The notes under the pieces: model-generated | Told to the model about the DNA's origin: nothing | Database searches by the model: none | Seen by the model: the letters and a program-made list of their open reading frames with translations, nothing else | Origin: Minisyncoccota bacterium | Lineage (GTDB): Bacteria > Patescibacteriota > Minisyncoccia > UBA6257 > 02-FULL-45-10c | Assembly (NCBI GenBank): GCA_036517155.1 | Contig: DATDXY010000019.1 | Span: forward strand, 9,913 to 73,912 | Length of the DNA: 64,000 nt | Direction of reading: 5' to 3' | Translations under genes and position numbers: made by a program | Shown: piece by piece, positions 1-10,271 of the stretch | How positions within the stretch are numbered: the stretch's first letter is position 1 | Layout of the letters: the number at the start of each line of letters is the position of its first letter

Positions 1-1960
1 TTTGATCGCTTTGAATTGGTACATTGACGTACGTTGTCATACTCTCTAGATTTTCCCCGGCGTACGATTTAACTTTGAAATCAAAATTACCGCTTGCGTA
101 TGCATTAATTACAAAACGATAATTTTCGTCTGCTGGCAAGAAAGCAAAATTATTTTCGCCAATCGTTGTGTAATTGCTTCCAGAAATCCCTAATTCAATA
201 TCACCATTCTCCACTGGACCAGTATGGTGATTTTGGGAATCGTATATATGCAAAGTAACTGGGCTATGAGTGCTTACTATTATTAGGTCAGTGCCAGAAA
301 ATGGAAAACAATCTTGTTCATTACTAGAAATTCCATAAGGGAGTTGATCTACATTACCGTCAATAATCTTTTTAATCAGATCTAATGGTGCTTCTTCCTG
401 TACTAATCCCAAGTGATCAATGTTTTCTTTAGTATTCGGCGGTAATACAAAATAATTCTGGTAATTATCCGAACCATAAAGGGCGCTCGCAAGTGGCACC
501 GTTCCATCACCACTACCAGTGTTAATATCAAATTTTCCATTATCATATGCACGAATGCTCCTTATGGTTGGATTAAGACAACCAGCAATATTATATATGT
601 TAGGTAAATTTAATGTCTGGGTATCTAAATTCTGGTGAAAAGCATCTACTTGATTTAATAAAGAGACGTTGCGTTGATCAAGAGGATCTTCGGCCATCAA
701 TGCATTAGTTTGGTCATAGCTAAGCGGATTCTCGTCCGCTGCTCCGTTTCGATAATCCTGCACATATCCCCCTTCTAATTCCACGTATTTTCTACTTGGC
801 AACAACTGATACGCTCCGGGCATATTTTGAGAAATAATTTTCATTCTTTCTGAATTCAAAATATAAAAACCAAATAGGTTGAAATTAAAATTATCACCAT
901 AATTCAAAATCTTAAATGCTTTGGGTGCCCCAATCTGGGGCACACCGACAAAAACTAATTTGTCTACAAAATTAATTGTGGAAGTTGAAAGTAGATAATC
1001 TTTAACTAGCAAGCCACCAGTACTATGAGTGATAATATTGACTTTCCCATTCGGTGATCTATTGATTGCTTCTTGTAATACTGTTCCCAGCCGATTTCTC
1101 TGGTCAGAAACTAATTTGCGCCAATCAAATGGAACAGTGAAAAGATTAGTGCCCGTAACATATCCATTGTTAATAAATAAATCAAGCAGAGGCTGATAAT
1201 TTGGCGCCACGAATTCTTGACCAACAATGCTCCCCACATCGATTGGGACTGTGTCCTGAACATCTGAAGTTAGCTGAAGAGCATTGAGATATTCGTCTGA
1301 TCCCGATAAAACCATTCGTCCACCATTCGGCCAAACCTCTTCTCCATCCGAAACCAGATTTAACCTCGTCCCCATAATCCCCGGCACGATGATGATAGGA
1401 ATTTTTTGTTCACCAATAAAATGATATTGGGCTGGGTCAGAAAATTTAATTGGAATTGGATTATTGGAATCAAAAGCAATGGTAATGTAATCTCCTTCAT
1501 TGAAAGGACGTCCTATCACTTCTTCAACTAGCGGCCTTGTAACCGGACAAGGATGAAGCCAATTACACACTCGGATAAAGTTTTGTGGAGTCCATTTTTT
1601 TATTGAAAGAACCGGGATTGAATAAGACTGGCCCTGGATGAAATCACTGTGGCCAAACCAATCTGGAATAAATGCGTTCGGATTAATTCCTTCTTCAAAT
1701 ATAGCTGTTACGTCTTTACTTAAATTGGGGAAAAAACTAAGACCGCTTTCATAGAAAATTCTTCCATTAAAACCAACCGCCATAGAAACATTCAAGCGAG
1801 TCATGCCTATCCAATCAAAACTCACTACCAATTCATCTTGGCTGTTAAATCCAAATCTTACGTTTTGATAAGGTGGATCGTCGGCTTTCACGCTTTGAAT
1901 TGAAGCCGTAAAAGCTAGAGAGGATATAAGGAAAATTAATATGTATTTCTTGGTATTCAT
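1..1960 (-). CDS. Secreted alpha/beta-hydrolase, LCAT/PGAP1-like lipase/acyltransferase (partial; runs off window start)
   Basis: Not in the ORF track. Manual translation from ATG at 1960: signal peptide MNTKKYILIFLISSLAFTASIQSVKA; in-frame motifs PIIIVPGIMGTRL, FTVPFDWR, VNIITHSTGGLL (Ser), GSGDGTVPLASA (Asp), IDHLGLV (His). Confidence 0.8.
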   Translation of the reverse strand, partial: MNTKKYILIFLISSLAFTASIQSVKADDPPYQNVRFGFNSQDELVVSFDWIGMTRLNVSMAVGFNGRIFYESGLSFFPNLSKDVTAIFEEGINPNAFIPDWFGHSDFIQGQSYSIPVLSIKKWTPQNFIRVCNWLHPCPVTRPLVEEVIGRPFNEGDYITIAFDSNNPIPIKFSDPAQYHFIGEQKIPIIIVPGIMGTRLNLVSDGEEVWPNGGRMVLSGSDEYLNALQLTSDVQDTVPIDVGSIVGQEFVAPNYQPLLDLFINNGYVTGTNLFTVPFDWRKLVSDQRNRLGTVLQEAINRSPNGKVNIITHSTGGLLVKDYLLSTSTINFVDKLVFVGVPQIGAPKAFKILNYGDNFNFNLFGFYILNSERMKIISQNMPGAYQLLPSRKYVELEGGYVQDYRNGAADENPLSYDQTNALMAEDPLDQRNVSLLNQVDAFHQNLDTQTLNLPNIYNIAGCLNPTIRSIRAYDNGKFDINTGSGDGTVPLASALYGSDNYQNYFVLPPNTKENIDHLGLVQEEAPLDLIKKIIDGNVDQLPYGISSNEQDCFPFSGTDLIIVSTHSPVTLHIYDSQNHHTGPVENGDIELGISGSNYTTIGENNFAFLPADENYRFVINAYASGNFDFKVKSYAGENLESMTTYVNVPIQSDQ

Positions 1961-2000
1961 ATAAAAATAATTACCCATACCCTATCACCTCTACCCACAA

Positions 2001-2030
2001 AAGAAAAGCCCCGATTAAGGGGCAGTTTCT
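2001..2030 (-). terminator. Probable intrinsic terminator after clpP
   Basis: GCCCC/GGGGC stem (2008-2023) followed by T-rich tract on the minus strand. Confidence 0.6.
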
Positions 2031-2633
2031 TTACTTTCCGTTCTTCAAAACCGTATCGATTACTCCGTATTCTTTCGCTTCAGAGGCGCTTAAATGGAAA
2101 TCGCGATCTGTGTCTCTTTCAATCTTTGCCATCGGCTGGCCAGTGTGTTTGGCGATAATTTGATTCAAACGTTCTTTGATTTTCAGAATATGTCGCGCCG
2201 TAATTTCAATTTCAATCGCCTGTCCCTCTACGCCGCCCATAATTTGGTGCAAAAGAATTTCCGAGTTCGGCAAAGCGATTCGCTTGCCCTTCTGCCCCGC
2301 TGCCAGCAAAACTGCGCCCATAGATGCCGCCATACCGACGCAAACTGTGGACACATCCGGTTTCACCAGTTGCATCGTGTCGTAAATCGCCAGTCCGGCT
2401 GTTACCGATCCGCCCGGAGAGTTGATGTACAATTTAATATCTTTCTTTGGATCTTCGTGTTCCAAAAAAAGCAGTTGCGCGATTATCGTGTTCGCTACGC
2501 CATCACTAATCGGCCCGCCCAAAAAGATAATGCGTTCCTTTAATAGACGGGAATAAATATCGTACGCCCGCTCACCCATTTGGGTTTTTTCTATAACCGT
2601 TGGAATTAAATACTGGTTGGATTCATCTCCCAT
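2031..2633 (-). CDS. clpP: ATP-dependent Clp protease proteolytic subunit
   Basis: [35 protein letters not shown] motifs. Confidence 0.97.
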   Translation of the reverse strand: MGDESNQYLIPTVIEKTQMGERAYDIYSRLLKERIIFLGGPISDGVANTIIAQLLFLEHEDPKKDIKLYINSPGGSVTAGLAIYDTMQLVKPDVSTVCVGMAASMGAVLLAAGQKGKRIALPNSEILLHQIMGGVEGQAIEIEITARHILKIKERLNQIIAKHTGQPMAKIERDTDRDFHLSASEAKEYGVIDTVLKNGK

Positions 2634-2639
2634 AGTGTT

Positions 2640-3881
2640 TTATTTGGCTAATGACTCTAAATGCTCAAAGACCTTTTTATTCCGAACTATGCCATAAATA
2701 TAATCATAAAGCCGTTGGGGGTCAATTTTCGGATTTTTTTCAAACTGACTGCGGGCCAAAAAATCATTGGCTTCTTTTTCCACTTCTGCTTGGTTCGGCT
2801 CCAGATTTTCCGTTTTGGCGATTTGGAACAGCACCAAATTATTGATGACATTTTTTCTTGCCGCTTCCTGAAGGGATTTTTGCAATTCTTCTTCGTTCTG
2901 GCGAGCGCCTTTGTGCAAACGATATTCTTCTTCCATACCTTTGACCGTGCGATCAATCATAATTTGTGGAATATCAATGGTGGAATCTTTTCCGACTTCT
3001 TCCAAAATTTTCAGTTGCGCCCGATCGCGTTCTTTTTCTTCTTTTTCTTTTTGGATTCCTTCGCGAACGCTGGTTTCAAACGCCGCCACGGTTTCAAATT
3101 TCCCCAAGGATTTTACCAATTCATCATTCAGCTCCGGCAGTTCACGGCTAAACACGCCCCGGACATCCGTTTGGAAATCCACTTTTTTATTTCGTAAATC
3201 TTCTTTCCAATAATCCGCCGGAAAAGTGATGGCAAAGGCAATGTGATCCCCTTCCTTATGCCCAATAATATGTTCTTCAAAACCCGGAATGAATTTTCCT
3301 TCGCCCAGCACAAACCGGTCGGCTTTGCCGCTGGCGCCATCCAAACTTTTGCCGTCAATAGAACCGGCAAAATCCAAATCAATCACATCCCCTTTCTCTG
3401 CTGTCCGATTGACTCGGGTAACTTTCGCGCGGGTATTTAATAGCCAATTAATGGATTTTTGGATTTCTTTTTCCTCTATCGTGACCGGTTTTCTTTCTTG
3501 GAAAATTTTCTTGCTGATTTTCTGGTAATTGCCAAGCTTTATTTCTGGAAACAGCGTCAGGACGGTTTTGAATTTCAAACCGGTTTCACTTTCCTGGATA
3601 TCAATTTTCGGCTGATCTACCAATTCCCATTCTTTTTCTTCGGCAATGGCTTTGAGGGTATGACGAATCGCTTCCGTCGCCGCTTCTTCAAAAACTTTTT
3701 CTTTATCCACCGCTTTATCCGCCAAATCTTTTGGCGCCGTACCCGGGCGAAAACCTTTCAAATGCACCGAGGTCAGTATCCGATCATAAATCGGCTGGTA
3801 ATATTCCAAAAATTCCTTATGCTCCAAAGTGACTTGGAGTTCCGCCTGCGAGTGAGGCAGTTTTTTCGCATCATATTTCAT
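2640..3881 (-). CDS. tig: Trigger factor
   Basis: GFRPG ribosome-binding loop, FKBP segment (FIPGFEEHIIG), adjacent to clpP. Confidence 0.95.
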   Translation of the reverse strand: MKYDAKKLPHSQAELQVTLEHKEFLEYYQPIYDRILTSVHLKGFRPGTAPKDLADKAVDKEKVFEEAATEAIRHTLKAIAEEKEWELVDQPKIDIQESETGLKFKTVLTLFPEIKLGNYQKISKKIFQERKPVTIEEKEIQKSINWLLNTRAKVTRVNRTAEKGDVIDLDFAGSIDGKSLDGASGKADRFVLGEGKFIPGFEEHIIGHKEGDHIAFAITFPADYWKEDLRNKKVDFQTDVRGVFSRELPELNDELVKSLGKFETVAAFETSVREGIQKEKEEKERDRAQLKILEEVGKDSTIDIPQIMIDRTVKGMEEEYRLHKGARQNEEELQKSLQEAARKNVINNLVLFQIAKTENLEPNQAEVEKEANDFLARSQFEKNPKIDPQRLYDYIYGIVRNKKVFEHLESLAK

Positions 3882-3887
3882 AGCTGT

Positions 3888-5861
3888 TTAGAGAAATGGC
3901 ACTAACAAAAGCGCCACAATGTTAATGACTTTGATAAGCGGATTAATTGCTGGTCCGGCCGTGTCTTTGTACGGATCGCCAACCGTGTCACCAGTAACAG
4001 CGGCTTTATGCGCGTCCGAGCCTTTGCCGCCAAAATTGCCGGATTCGATATATTTTTTCGCGTTATCCCACGCGGCGCCGCCCGAAGTCATGGAAAGCGC
4101 CAAGAAAATTCCGCCAATGATAGAACCCATCAAGAATCCGCCCAACGCGAGCGGCCCAAGCAAGAATCCGACCGCGATCACTGACACAATCGGCAACAGC
4201 GCCGGAAAAATCATTTGTTTCAATGCGGCTTTAGTGACAATATCCACGGCGCGAGCATAATCCGGCTTTGCTTTTCGTTCCATAATTCCCGGGATTTCCC
4301 GGAATTGGCGGCGCACTTCTTCTACCACCGCACCAGCAGTTTTACCTACCGAACGCATTGCGATGGAAGCAAACCAATAGGTAATTGCCACGCCCAGCAA
4401 TAAACCAATCAATACGGATGGATCTTGAATATCAAAAGGAATAAATTTCCCGGCTTTTTTCATAAATTCAAATCCATAACCGGCAAACAACACTAAGGCT
4501 GCTAGCCCAGCTGAGGCAATAGCATATCCCTTGGTCACCGCTTTCGTGGTATTCCCCACCGCATCTAGGGCATCCGTAATTTTTCGCACTTCTTCCGGAG
4601 CATTACTCATCTCCGCAATGCCGCCGGCATTATCAGTAATCGGACCAAAGGCATCAATCGCTACTACCATGCCAGAAACTGACAACATAGAAACTGCGGC
4701 AATCGCAATCCCGTACAAATCGGCAACTAAGTAGCTGCCGAAAATTGCCGCGACAATAATGATCGCCGGGATTACCGTCGCTTCCATGCCGACAGACAAA
4801 CCCATAATAATATTTGTGCCATGTCCGGACACAGACGCATTCGCAATAGATTTTACTGGGCGGAAACTTTTAGAAGTATAGTAATCCGTTACCACCACCA
4901 TCAGCGCCGTAACGGCAAGGCCAATCAACGCGCTGATATAAATTCTCCACGCATCTCCGGCAAAATAATATTTGGTTAACGGATAAAAAGCCGCTGCGGA
5001 AATTACGATAGTCGCAATTAAGCCCTTATAGAGCGCGCCCATAATTGTCCCTTCGGAACTCATTCGCACAAATAAACTTCCGATTAAAGAAGCCACGATG
5101 GCAAACCCGCACAACACTAGCGGGAAAATGACAAATTTCACATCTGGTAAAAATGAACCGAGCAGCATCACTGCCGAAAGCGTAACGGCATAGGTTTCGA
5201 AAAGATCCGCTGCCATACCGGCGCAATCGCCCACGTTGTCACCGACATTATCCGCAATTACGCCTGGATTGCGAGGATCATCTTCCGGAATGCCGGCTTC
5301 CACCTTACCAACTAAATCCGTACCCACGTCCGCCGCTTTGGTAAAAATACCGCCGCCCAAACGGGCAAAGATAGAAATTAAACTGGCGCCAAAACCCAGA
5401 CCAATCAAGGCTGGAACATTTTTCGTAGCAAAATAAAATCCGGCCACCGCCAGCAAACCTAGCGCCACTACCAGAAATCCAGTTACCGCTCCGGATCGGA
5501 ATGCCAGCAATAACGCCGCATTCAAACCGTTCTTGGCCGCTTCCGCGGTTTTGGCATTAGAACGAACAGCGATATTCATACCGATATAACCAGCTAATGC
5601 CGATGCTGCTGCGCCAATCAAGAAACCAACCGTAACCGCGCCGCCAAGCCAATAATACAAAGCCAGCGCCAAGATAAGCGCTACTACGGCAATCGCTTTA
5701 TATTGCCGATTCAAATAAGCTTTGGAGCCAATTTGAATTGCTCGAGAAATTTCTTGCATCGTTTCATTACCGGATGATTTCCCCCGAAGCCAAAAAATCA
5801 CGTACGCGCTATATACTACGGAAAGGACAATCGGTACAAAAATAGATAAATAGAGATTCAT
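3888..5861 (-). CDS. hppA: Membrane-bound pyrophosphatase, K+-independent H+-PPase type
   Basis: [38 protein letters not shown] motifs; GNTTKA signature. Confidence 0.95.
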   Translation of the reverse strand: MNLYLSIFVPIVLSVVYSAYVIFWLRGKSSGNETMQEISRAIQIGSKAYLNRQYKAIAVVALILALALYYWLGGAVTVGFLIGAAASALAGYIGMNIAVRSNAKTAEAAKNGLNAALLLAFRSGAVTGFLVVALGLLAVAGFYFATKNVPALIGLGFGASLISIFARLGGGIFTKAADVGTDLVGKVEAGIPEDDPRNPGVIADNVGDNVGDCAGMAADLFETYAVTLSAVMLLGSFLPDVKFVIFPLVLCGFAIVASLIGSLFVRMSSEGTIMGALYKGLIATIVISAAAFYPLTKYYFAGDAWRIYISALIGLAVTALMVVVTDYYTSKSFRPVKSIANASVSGHGTNIIMGLSVGMEATVIPAIIIVAAIFGSYLVADLYGIAIAAVSMLSVSGMVVAIDAFGPITDNAGGIAEMSNAPEEVRKITDALDAVGNTTKAVTKGYAIASAGLAALVLFAGYGFEFMKKAGKFIPFDIQDPSVLIGLLLGVAITYWFASIAMRSVGKTAGAVVEEVRRQFREIPGIMERKAKPDYARAVDIVTKAALKQMIFPALLPIVSVIAVGFLLGPLALGGFLMGSIIGGIFLALSMTSGGAAWDNAKKYIESGNFGGKGSDAHKAAVTGDTVGDPYKDTAGPAINPLIKVINIVALLLVPFL

Positions 5862-5879
5862 AAATTATTGGAAAATTAA

Positions 5880-7106
5880 TTATTCTTCAGCGCTTTTTTC
5901 TTCTGCCGGAGGCACCGTGTCCGGAGAAACCGCGACACCGCCTTCTTGCACTTCTTCTGGACGTGCTTGCGATCGGACATCAATTTTCCAACCAGTTAAT
6001 TTGGCGGCTAAACGGACATTCTGTCCACCTTTGCCGATCGCCAAACTCAACTGATCTTCTGCGACAAACGCTTTTGCTTCCCGACGTTCGGAGACGGTGA
6101 CTTCTAATACCTTTGCCGGAGAAAGCGCGTTAGAAATAAATTTCTCCGGACTTTCCGACCATTCAATAATATCAATTTTCTCCTGGCCCAGTTCATTACT
6201 GACCGACATTACGCGAGTGCCGCGCTGGCCCACACAAGAACCCACCGGATCCACACCTTCCATTTTGGAAGCAACGGCAATTTTCGTGCGGCTGCCCGGT
6301 TCGCGGGCAATTCCCTTAATTTCTACCACGCCTTCCGCAATTTCCGGAACTTCTAATTGAAATAATTTACTCACAAATCTCGGGTGGGAACGGGATAAAA
6401 TAATGCCCGGAACTTTTGCGTCCTCTTGGACGGCCAGCACAAAAAACCGAAGCCGTTCGCCGGAACGATAGTGCTCGCCCGGAATAGATTCGTTATAAAA
6501 CATCAAACCGGTGGCGCGGCCAAGATCAATATACACATTGCCCCGGTCAAATCGCTGCACTACGCCACTAACAATCTCGCCGGATTTATTTTGAAATTCT
6601 TTCAATACGGAATTCCGTTCCGCTTCCCGAAGCCGCTGCAAAATCACCTGCTTCGCGGTTTGGGCGGCGATCCGTCCGAACTCTTCATAAGTTTCCAACG
6701 GGAATTCCAGTTCTTCGCCCAGCTGGACATCCTTTTTAATAGTTCGCGCTTCTTCCAAAAGAATATGCCGATCGGAATTATAGCGTGGCAATACTGACGC
6801 TTCAGTCGGTGTCCCGACTTCCGAGCTATCAAAACGTCGAGGTTTTTCATCTATTATTACCTCTTCCTCCCCCTCCACCGGCATCCGAACCGTAGTTTCA
6901 TCAACGATAGTTTTCACTTGGCTAAACTTGAGATCGCCGCTTTTCAAATCAAAACGACAGCGGATAATTTCCTCTTTTTTTCGATATTCTTTTTTGTACG
7001 CTGCGGCAATGGAAGATTCAATCGCTTCTAATACGTGCGTCGCGTCAATGCCTTTTTCATCGGCAATTTGTTCTACCGCTTTTTTAAGACTTTTAAGGTC
7101 CATCAT
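5880..7106 (-). CDS. nusA: Transcription termination/antitermination factor NusA
   Basis: FGRIAAQTAKQVILQ, AREPGSRTKIAV, AIGKGGQNVRLAAKLTGWKID. Confidence 0.97.
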   Translation of the reverse strand: MMDLKSLKKAVEQIADEKGIDATHVLEAIESSIAAAYKKEYRKKEEIIRCRFDLKSGDLKFSQVKTIVDETTVRMPVEGEEEVIIDEKPRRFDSSEVGTPTEASVLPRYNSDRHILLEEARTIKKDVQLGEELEFPLETYEEFGRIAAQTAKQVILQRLREAERNSVLKEFQNKSGEIVSGVVQRFDRGNVYIDLGRATGLMFYNESIPGEHYRSGERLRFFVLAVQEDAKVPGIILSRSHPRFVSKLFQLEVPEIAEGVVEIKGIAREPGSRTKIAVASKMEGVDPVGSCVGQRGTRVMSVSNELGQEKIDIIEWSESPEKFISNALSPAKVLEVTVSERREAKAFVAEDQLSLAIGKGGQNVRLAAKLTGWKIDVRSQARPEEVQEGGVAVSPDTVPPAEEKSAEE

Positions 7107-7159
7107 ATATAATAGTAGTTAGTGATTAGTCACTAGTGGTTAATTTTAATAATTTTTTT

Positions 7160-7227
7160 AAAAAAGCCCGCTGGGAGCGGACTTCAATCAATAAAAGCAG
7201 TATATCTGAAATTCCGGAAAAAGTCAA
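7160..7227 (-). promoter_or_regulatory. nusA promoter and leader terminator/attenuator (rimP-leader-like)
   Basis: TTGACT(7227-7222)-17bp-TATACT(7204-7199), then hairpin AAGTCCGCT-CCC-AGCGGGCTT plus T-run before the nusA ATG. Confidence 0.7.
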
Positions 7228-7257
7228 AGGGGCTCTACGTACACGCAGAACCCCTTT
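7226..7257 (-). terminator. Terminator of orphan gene 7274-7750
   Basis: AAAGGGGTTCTG...TAGAGCCCCTTT inverted repeat (minus-strand reading). Confidence 0.6.
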
Positions 7258-7273
7258 ATTTTGACCAAAAGAT

Positions 7274-7750
7274 CTAATTATTGAATATCACCGGAGACAC
7301 ATATGGCCCCAGAATTATCCTGGTCTTGGATTTTCCCTTCTTCAGGATCAAGTATTCAGCCGGTCCACGCACCCGTACATTAAAATGAATAGAGGAAGAT
7401 CCTCGTAATTGGACCTCTCCTCCGCTAAGTTCGGCAATGCGATTTTTCAGTTCCTTCAACCAGACTTTATCCACTGCATAACCGTCAAACACTGCCCAGA
7501 ATGCATCATAAACCGCTTCTTCGGAAAAAGCAGAAAAGTCCGGTGTCTCTAGCTTACTCAAAGCGACTGCGGTATATTCGTAGATTTTCCTCCGATCATT
7601 CAGCAGTTTCGTTTCAGTCATAGTAGCGGTGTCTGATTCATAAGAGTTATAGGATTCTCTCTGAAACTTCAGAATGGGCGTCCAATTCTCCGCGTAAGCA
7701 ATTTGCATTGCTCCGCACATCACGGCAACGGCCAACATTTGTCTCAACAT
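7274..7750 (-). CDS. Hypothetical protein with signal peptide (orphan module)
   Basis: 158 aa ORF; AAGGAGG upstream; TTGACA-17-TATAAC promoter at ~7833-7805. Confidence 0.75.
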   Translation of the reverse strand: MLRQMLAVAVMCGAMQIAYAENWTPILKFQRESYNSYESDTATMTETKLLNDRRKIYEYTAVALSKLETPDFSAFSEEAVYDAFWAVFDGYAVDKVWLKELKNRIAELSGGEVQLRGSSSIHFNVRVRGPAEYLILKKGKSKTRIILGPYVSPVIFNN

Positions 7751-7834
7751 TTCGCGCGACCTCCTTATAATTTATTAATGCTGCTATATACTACTCTGCT
7801 TTTCGTTATACTATATAATTAGTATTTTGTCAAT

Positions 7835-10186
7835 TTATTGTACTTTCACCGTTGCGTCAAAAGATTGTTCCCCTTCCGCATTGCCACAAATCAGATTGTA
7901 CGTTGTAGAAATTATTGGCGACACTCGAACCGAACCAAAAGTTTTTATACTCGCGCCAAGGGCCGGAACTATCCGGCAAGTATCGGCAAAACGGCAACTC
8001 CATGCCAGTTCGGATTCTCGGACAAAAACGGAACGTGTATCCAAAACCGAAGGCAGGGCGGTAAAGGCGCAGATTGGCACTTCGGCTAATTTCACAATAA
8101 CCGATCGGGTGGTTGTCCCTAATGGCCCCTTACAAGTCAGACCGTAGGTTAATTCTTTTTTTGCCGAACCGACAAATGTTTGGTTGCCGTTGGTTGGTTG
8201 GTTGCCGCTCCAAGCGCCTAATGCCACGCAGGTATCCGCATCTTGAGTAGTCCAGCTAATTGCATATTCTGATGGGACTCCGAGCGTCACTTTTTCCGCC
8301 TTGCCATTGGCACTGATATCAATGACCGGCGGCCCTTTTGGTGGAGGTGGATTCACTACCGCTACATTTATATAAGCGATGCTGGATATTTTACCATCGC
8401 CTTGCACTAGTCGTAGTACACCATACCGATATACGCCAGGAGGATCATTAAAAATCTTTTCACCAAAAGGCACATTGCACATTTCGGATTCCACCGGCTC
8501 ATTTACCACCCCTTCAAAAGTTGGTGTGCCAGAATTCAAATCAATATTAAATTGGCATTGACCGCCGTCTTGGATTTCCGACCAACCGCCAGAGGCATCA
8601 CGACTGGCCTTATTGTCACCATTTAAATCTCTGCTTGCCGAAACCCATAAAGAAACCGGTTTGCCACGAACCACTCGAATGCTCCGGCCATACATTACAC
8701 CATCCAAACTCACGCCCGCTTCCGCGATTGGCAGAGGAATTATTCTCGGAGTAATTGGGCTGCTAGAAATAATTTCTTCTGACGAACCAACGATGTTTAT
8801 TGTCACCGAATCCGATGCGGAAGAAAAACCAGGACAATACATTTTATACGTGTGAGTGCCTACTGTGGAATTATTCACCGTTTGTGTTTCCGCTTTGCTT
8901 TTCACGCCCAACCAGCCGGGGCCATAGGCAATACAATAACGATCCAGATTCCAAGAAATTTCAAACGAAGCTGGCGCATTTAATGTTATTGGGCCATCTT
9001 GGCCATTTACTTTCAAATCCAATTTTGGTTCCGCTACCGGTGTTGGCGCCGCTTGAAAAATCGGTGGTTCCGGTTCCGCTGGCGTTATAACTTCTGGTGG
9101 TTTTGACAATGGCGGCGCTGGCAAAGTTGGCGTTTGTACGCGAATGGTAACCGATGATCGCAACTTTCCTCCCAACTCCGGATATTTTCCTAACGCCTCC
9201 AAAGAATAGCGGGTGGTAAATTTCGGAAATACCGTTATGGAACCAGTATTGGAAACTCTGCCAATCCCCTGATCGATGGTTATTGATTCCGCATTACTGA
9301 CATTCCAATTTAATGTTACTGCTTCTCCTTTTTTTATTTCGGTTACGTTCCCCGTTAATTGCCCGGCGGGTGGCGGAGGAATGTCGCCCACTTTAACAGT
9401 GACCGTTTTGGTAATGCTGCCCGTTTGAGCAGATTTACTACCATCCACCACTCCCATACAGGTGAACTTATGAGTATAGACACCGGTAGGAACATTAAAA
9501 AAAGTATTACGTCCGGACGTCGTATTAGCGGAAAAATTATCCGGCATTTTGCCACTTAATTGGCATTGGGTGCCAGGATTGGTTGCTTGCCAGACTACAG
9601 TATAGCTGCCACCCTCTGGAACTGCGTTATCCGATGCGGTCACAGACATCCTCTGGGTTAACGGCGCGCAAGCCGGCACAGTTTTGCTCGGCCAAATAAA
9701 ATCCAATCCAACCCAACATGCGCTGTCTCTCTGGCACGATGGCCATCGTTGGCATATCCGTTCCGAAAAATTACAATCCCAATGATCAAAAATTTCTACT
9801 TTATCAGCAAGAGGTGGCTTCATAACTTCTACCGTAATATTGCCGCCAACACAGCTTTCCGCCAGCAAACGCTCCCCCTCCGAATAAATAATAGCGGTAT
9901 CAAAACGATTTAAGGATCGATCTTCCGGAAAAAAATTATCTGCAGTCGGATTAAATGAGTCGGCAATTTCTCGAGGAATCGTAAAAATAACATTCAACTT
10001 AGATAACACGACATTATCGCGGGTGGGGGTTGGACTATTATATCGCTTTTGACACAATACTTTTCCTGAGGTCTGATCACAAGGCAAACCACTGTCAACA
10101 TATCCCTCAACCGCATGAGTGGTAATTGCGCTAATTAAAAAACTGAATAATGCGCCAATAATTAAAATAAATCCTGTCTTTCGCAT
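7835..10186 (-). CDS. Large secreted/surface protein with repeated beta-sandwich (Ig/PKD-like) modules and Pro-rich linkers
   Basis: Signal peptide; repeated 'L.W....C.....W......G......Y.L.C' units; PPPP linkers. Confidence 0.75.
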   Translation of the reverse strand: MRKTGFILIIGALFSFLISAITTHAVEGYVDSGLPCDQTSGKVLCQKRYNSPTPTRDNVVLSKLNVIFTIPREIADSFNPTADNFFPEDRSLNRFDTAIIYSEGERLLAESCVGGNITVEVMKPPLADKVEIFDHWDCNFSERICQRWPSCQRDSACWVGLDFIWPSKTVPACAPLTQRMSVTASDNAVPEGGSYTVVWQATNPGTQCQLSGKMPDNFSANTTSGRNTFFNVPTGVYTHKFTCMGVVDGSKSAQTGSITKTVTVKVGDIPPPPAGQLTGNVTEIKKGEAVTLNWNVSNAESITIDQGIGRVSNTGSITVFPKFTTRYSLEALGKYPELGGKLRSSVTIRVQTPTLPAPPLSKPPEVITPAEPEPPIFQAAPTPVAEPKLDLKVNGQDGPITLNAPASFEISWNLDRYCIAYGPGWLGVKSKAETQTVNNSTVGTHTYKMYCPGFSSASDSVTINIVGSSEEIISSSPITPRIIPLPIAEAGVSLDGVMYGRSIRVVRGKPVSLWVSASRDLNGDNKASRDASGGWSEIQDGGQCQFNIDLNSGTPTFEGVVNEPVESEMCNVPFGEKIFNDPPGVYRYGVLRLVQGDGKISSIAYINVAVVNPPPPKGPPVIDISANGKAEKVTLGVPSEYAISWTTQDADTCVALGAWSGNQPTNGNQTFVGSAKKELTYGLTCKGPLGTTTRSVIVKLAEVPICAFTALPSVLDTRSVFVRESELAWSCRFADTCRIVPALGASIKTFGSVRVSPIISTTYNLICGNAEGEQSFDATVKVQ

Positions 10187-10226
10187 ATTACTAATTGTAC
10201 TATATTTTTAGAACCTATCTAAATAA

Positions 10227-10257
10227 AAGAAGCCATCTTGGGGAAAGATGGCTTCTT
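10227..10257 (-). terminator. Terminator after orphan gene 10272-10667
   Basis: Perfect 13 bp stem AAGAAGCCATCTT/AAGATGGCTTCTT. Confidence 0.7.
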
Positions 10258-10271
10258 AACTTAAAAAGATA

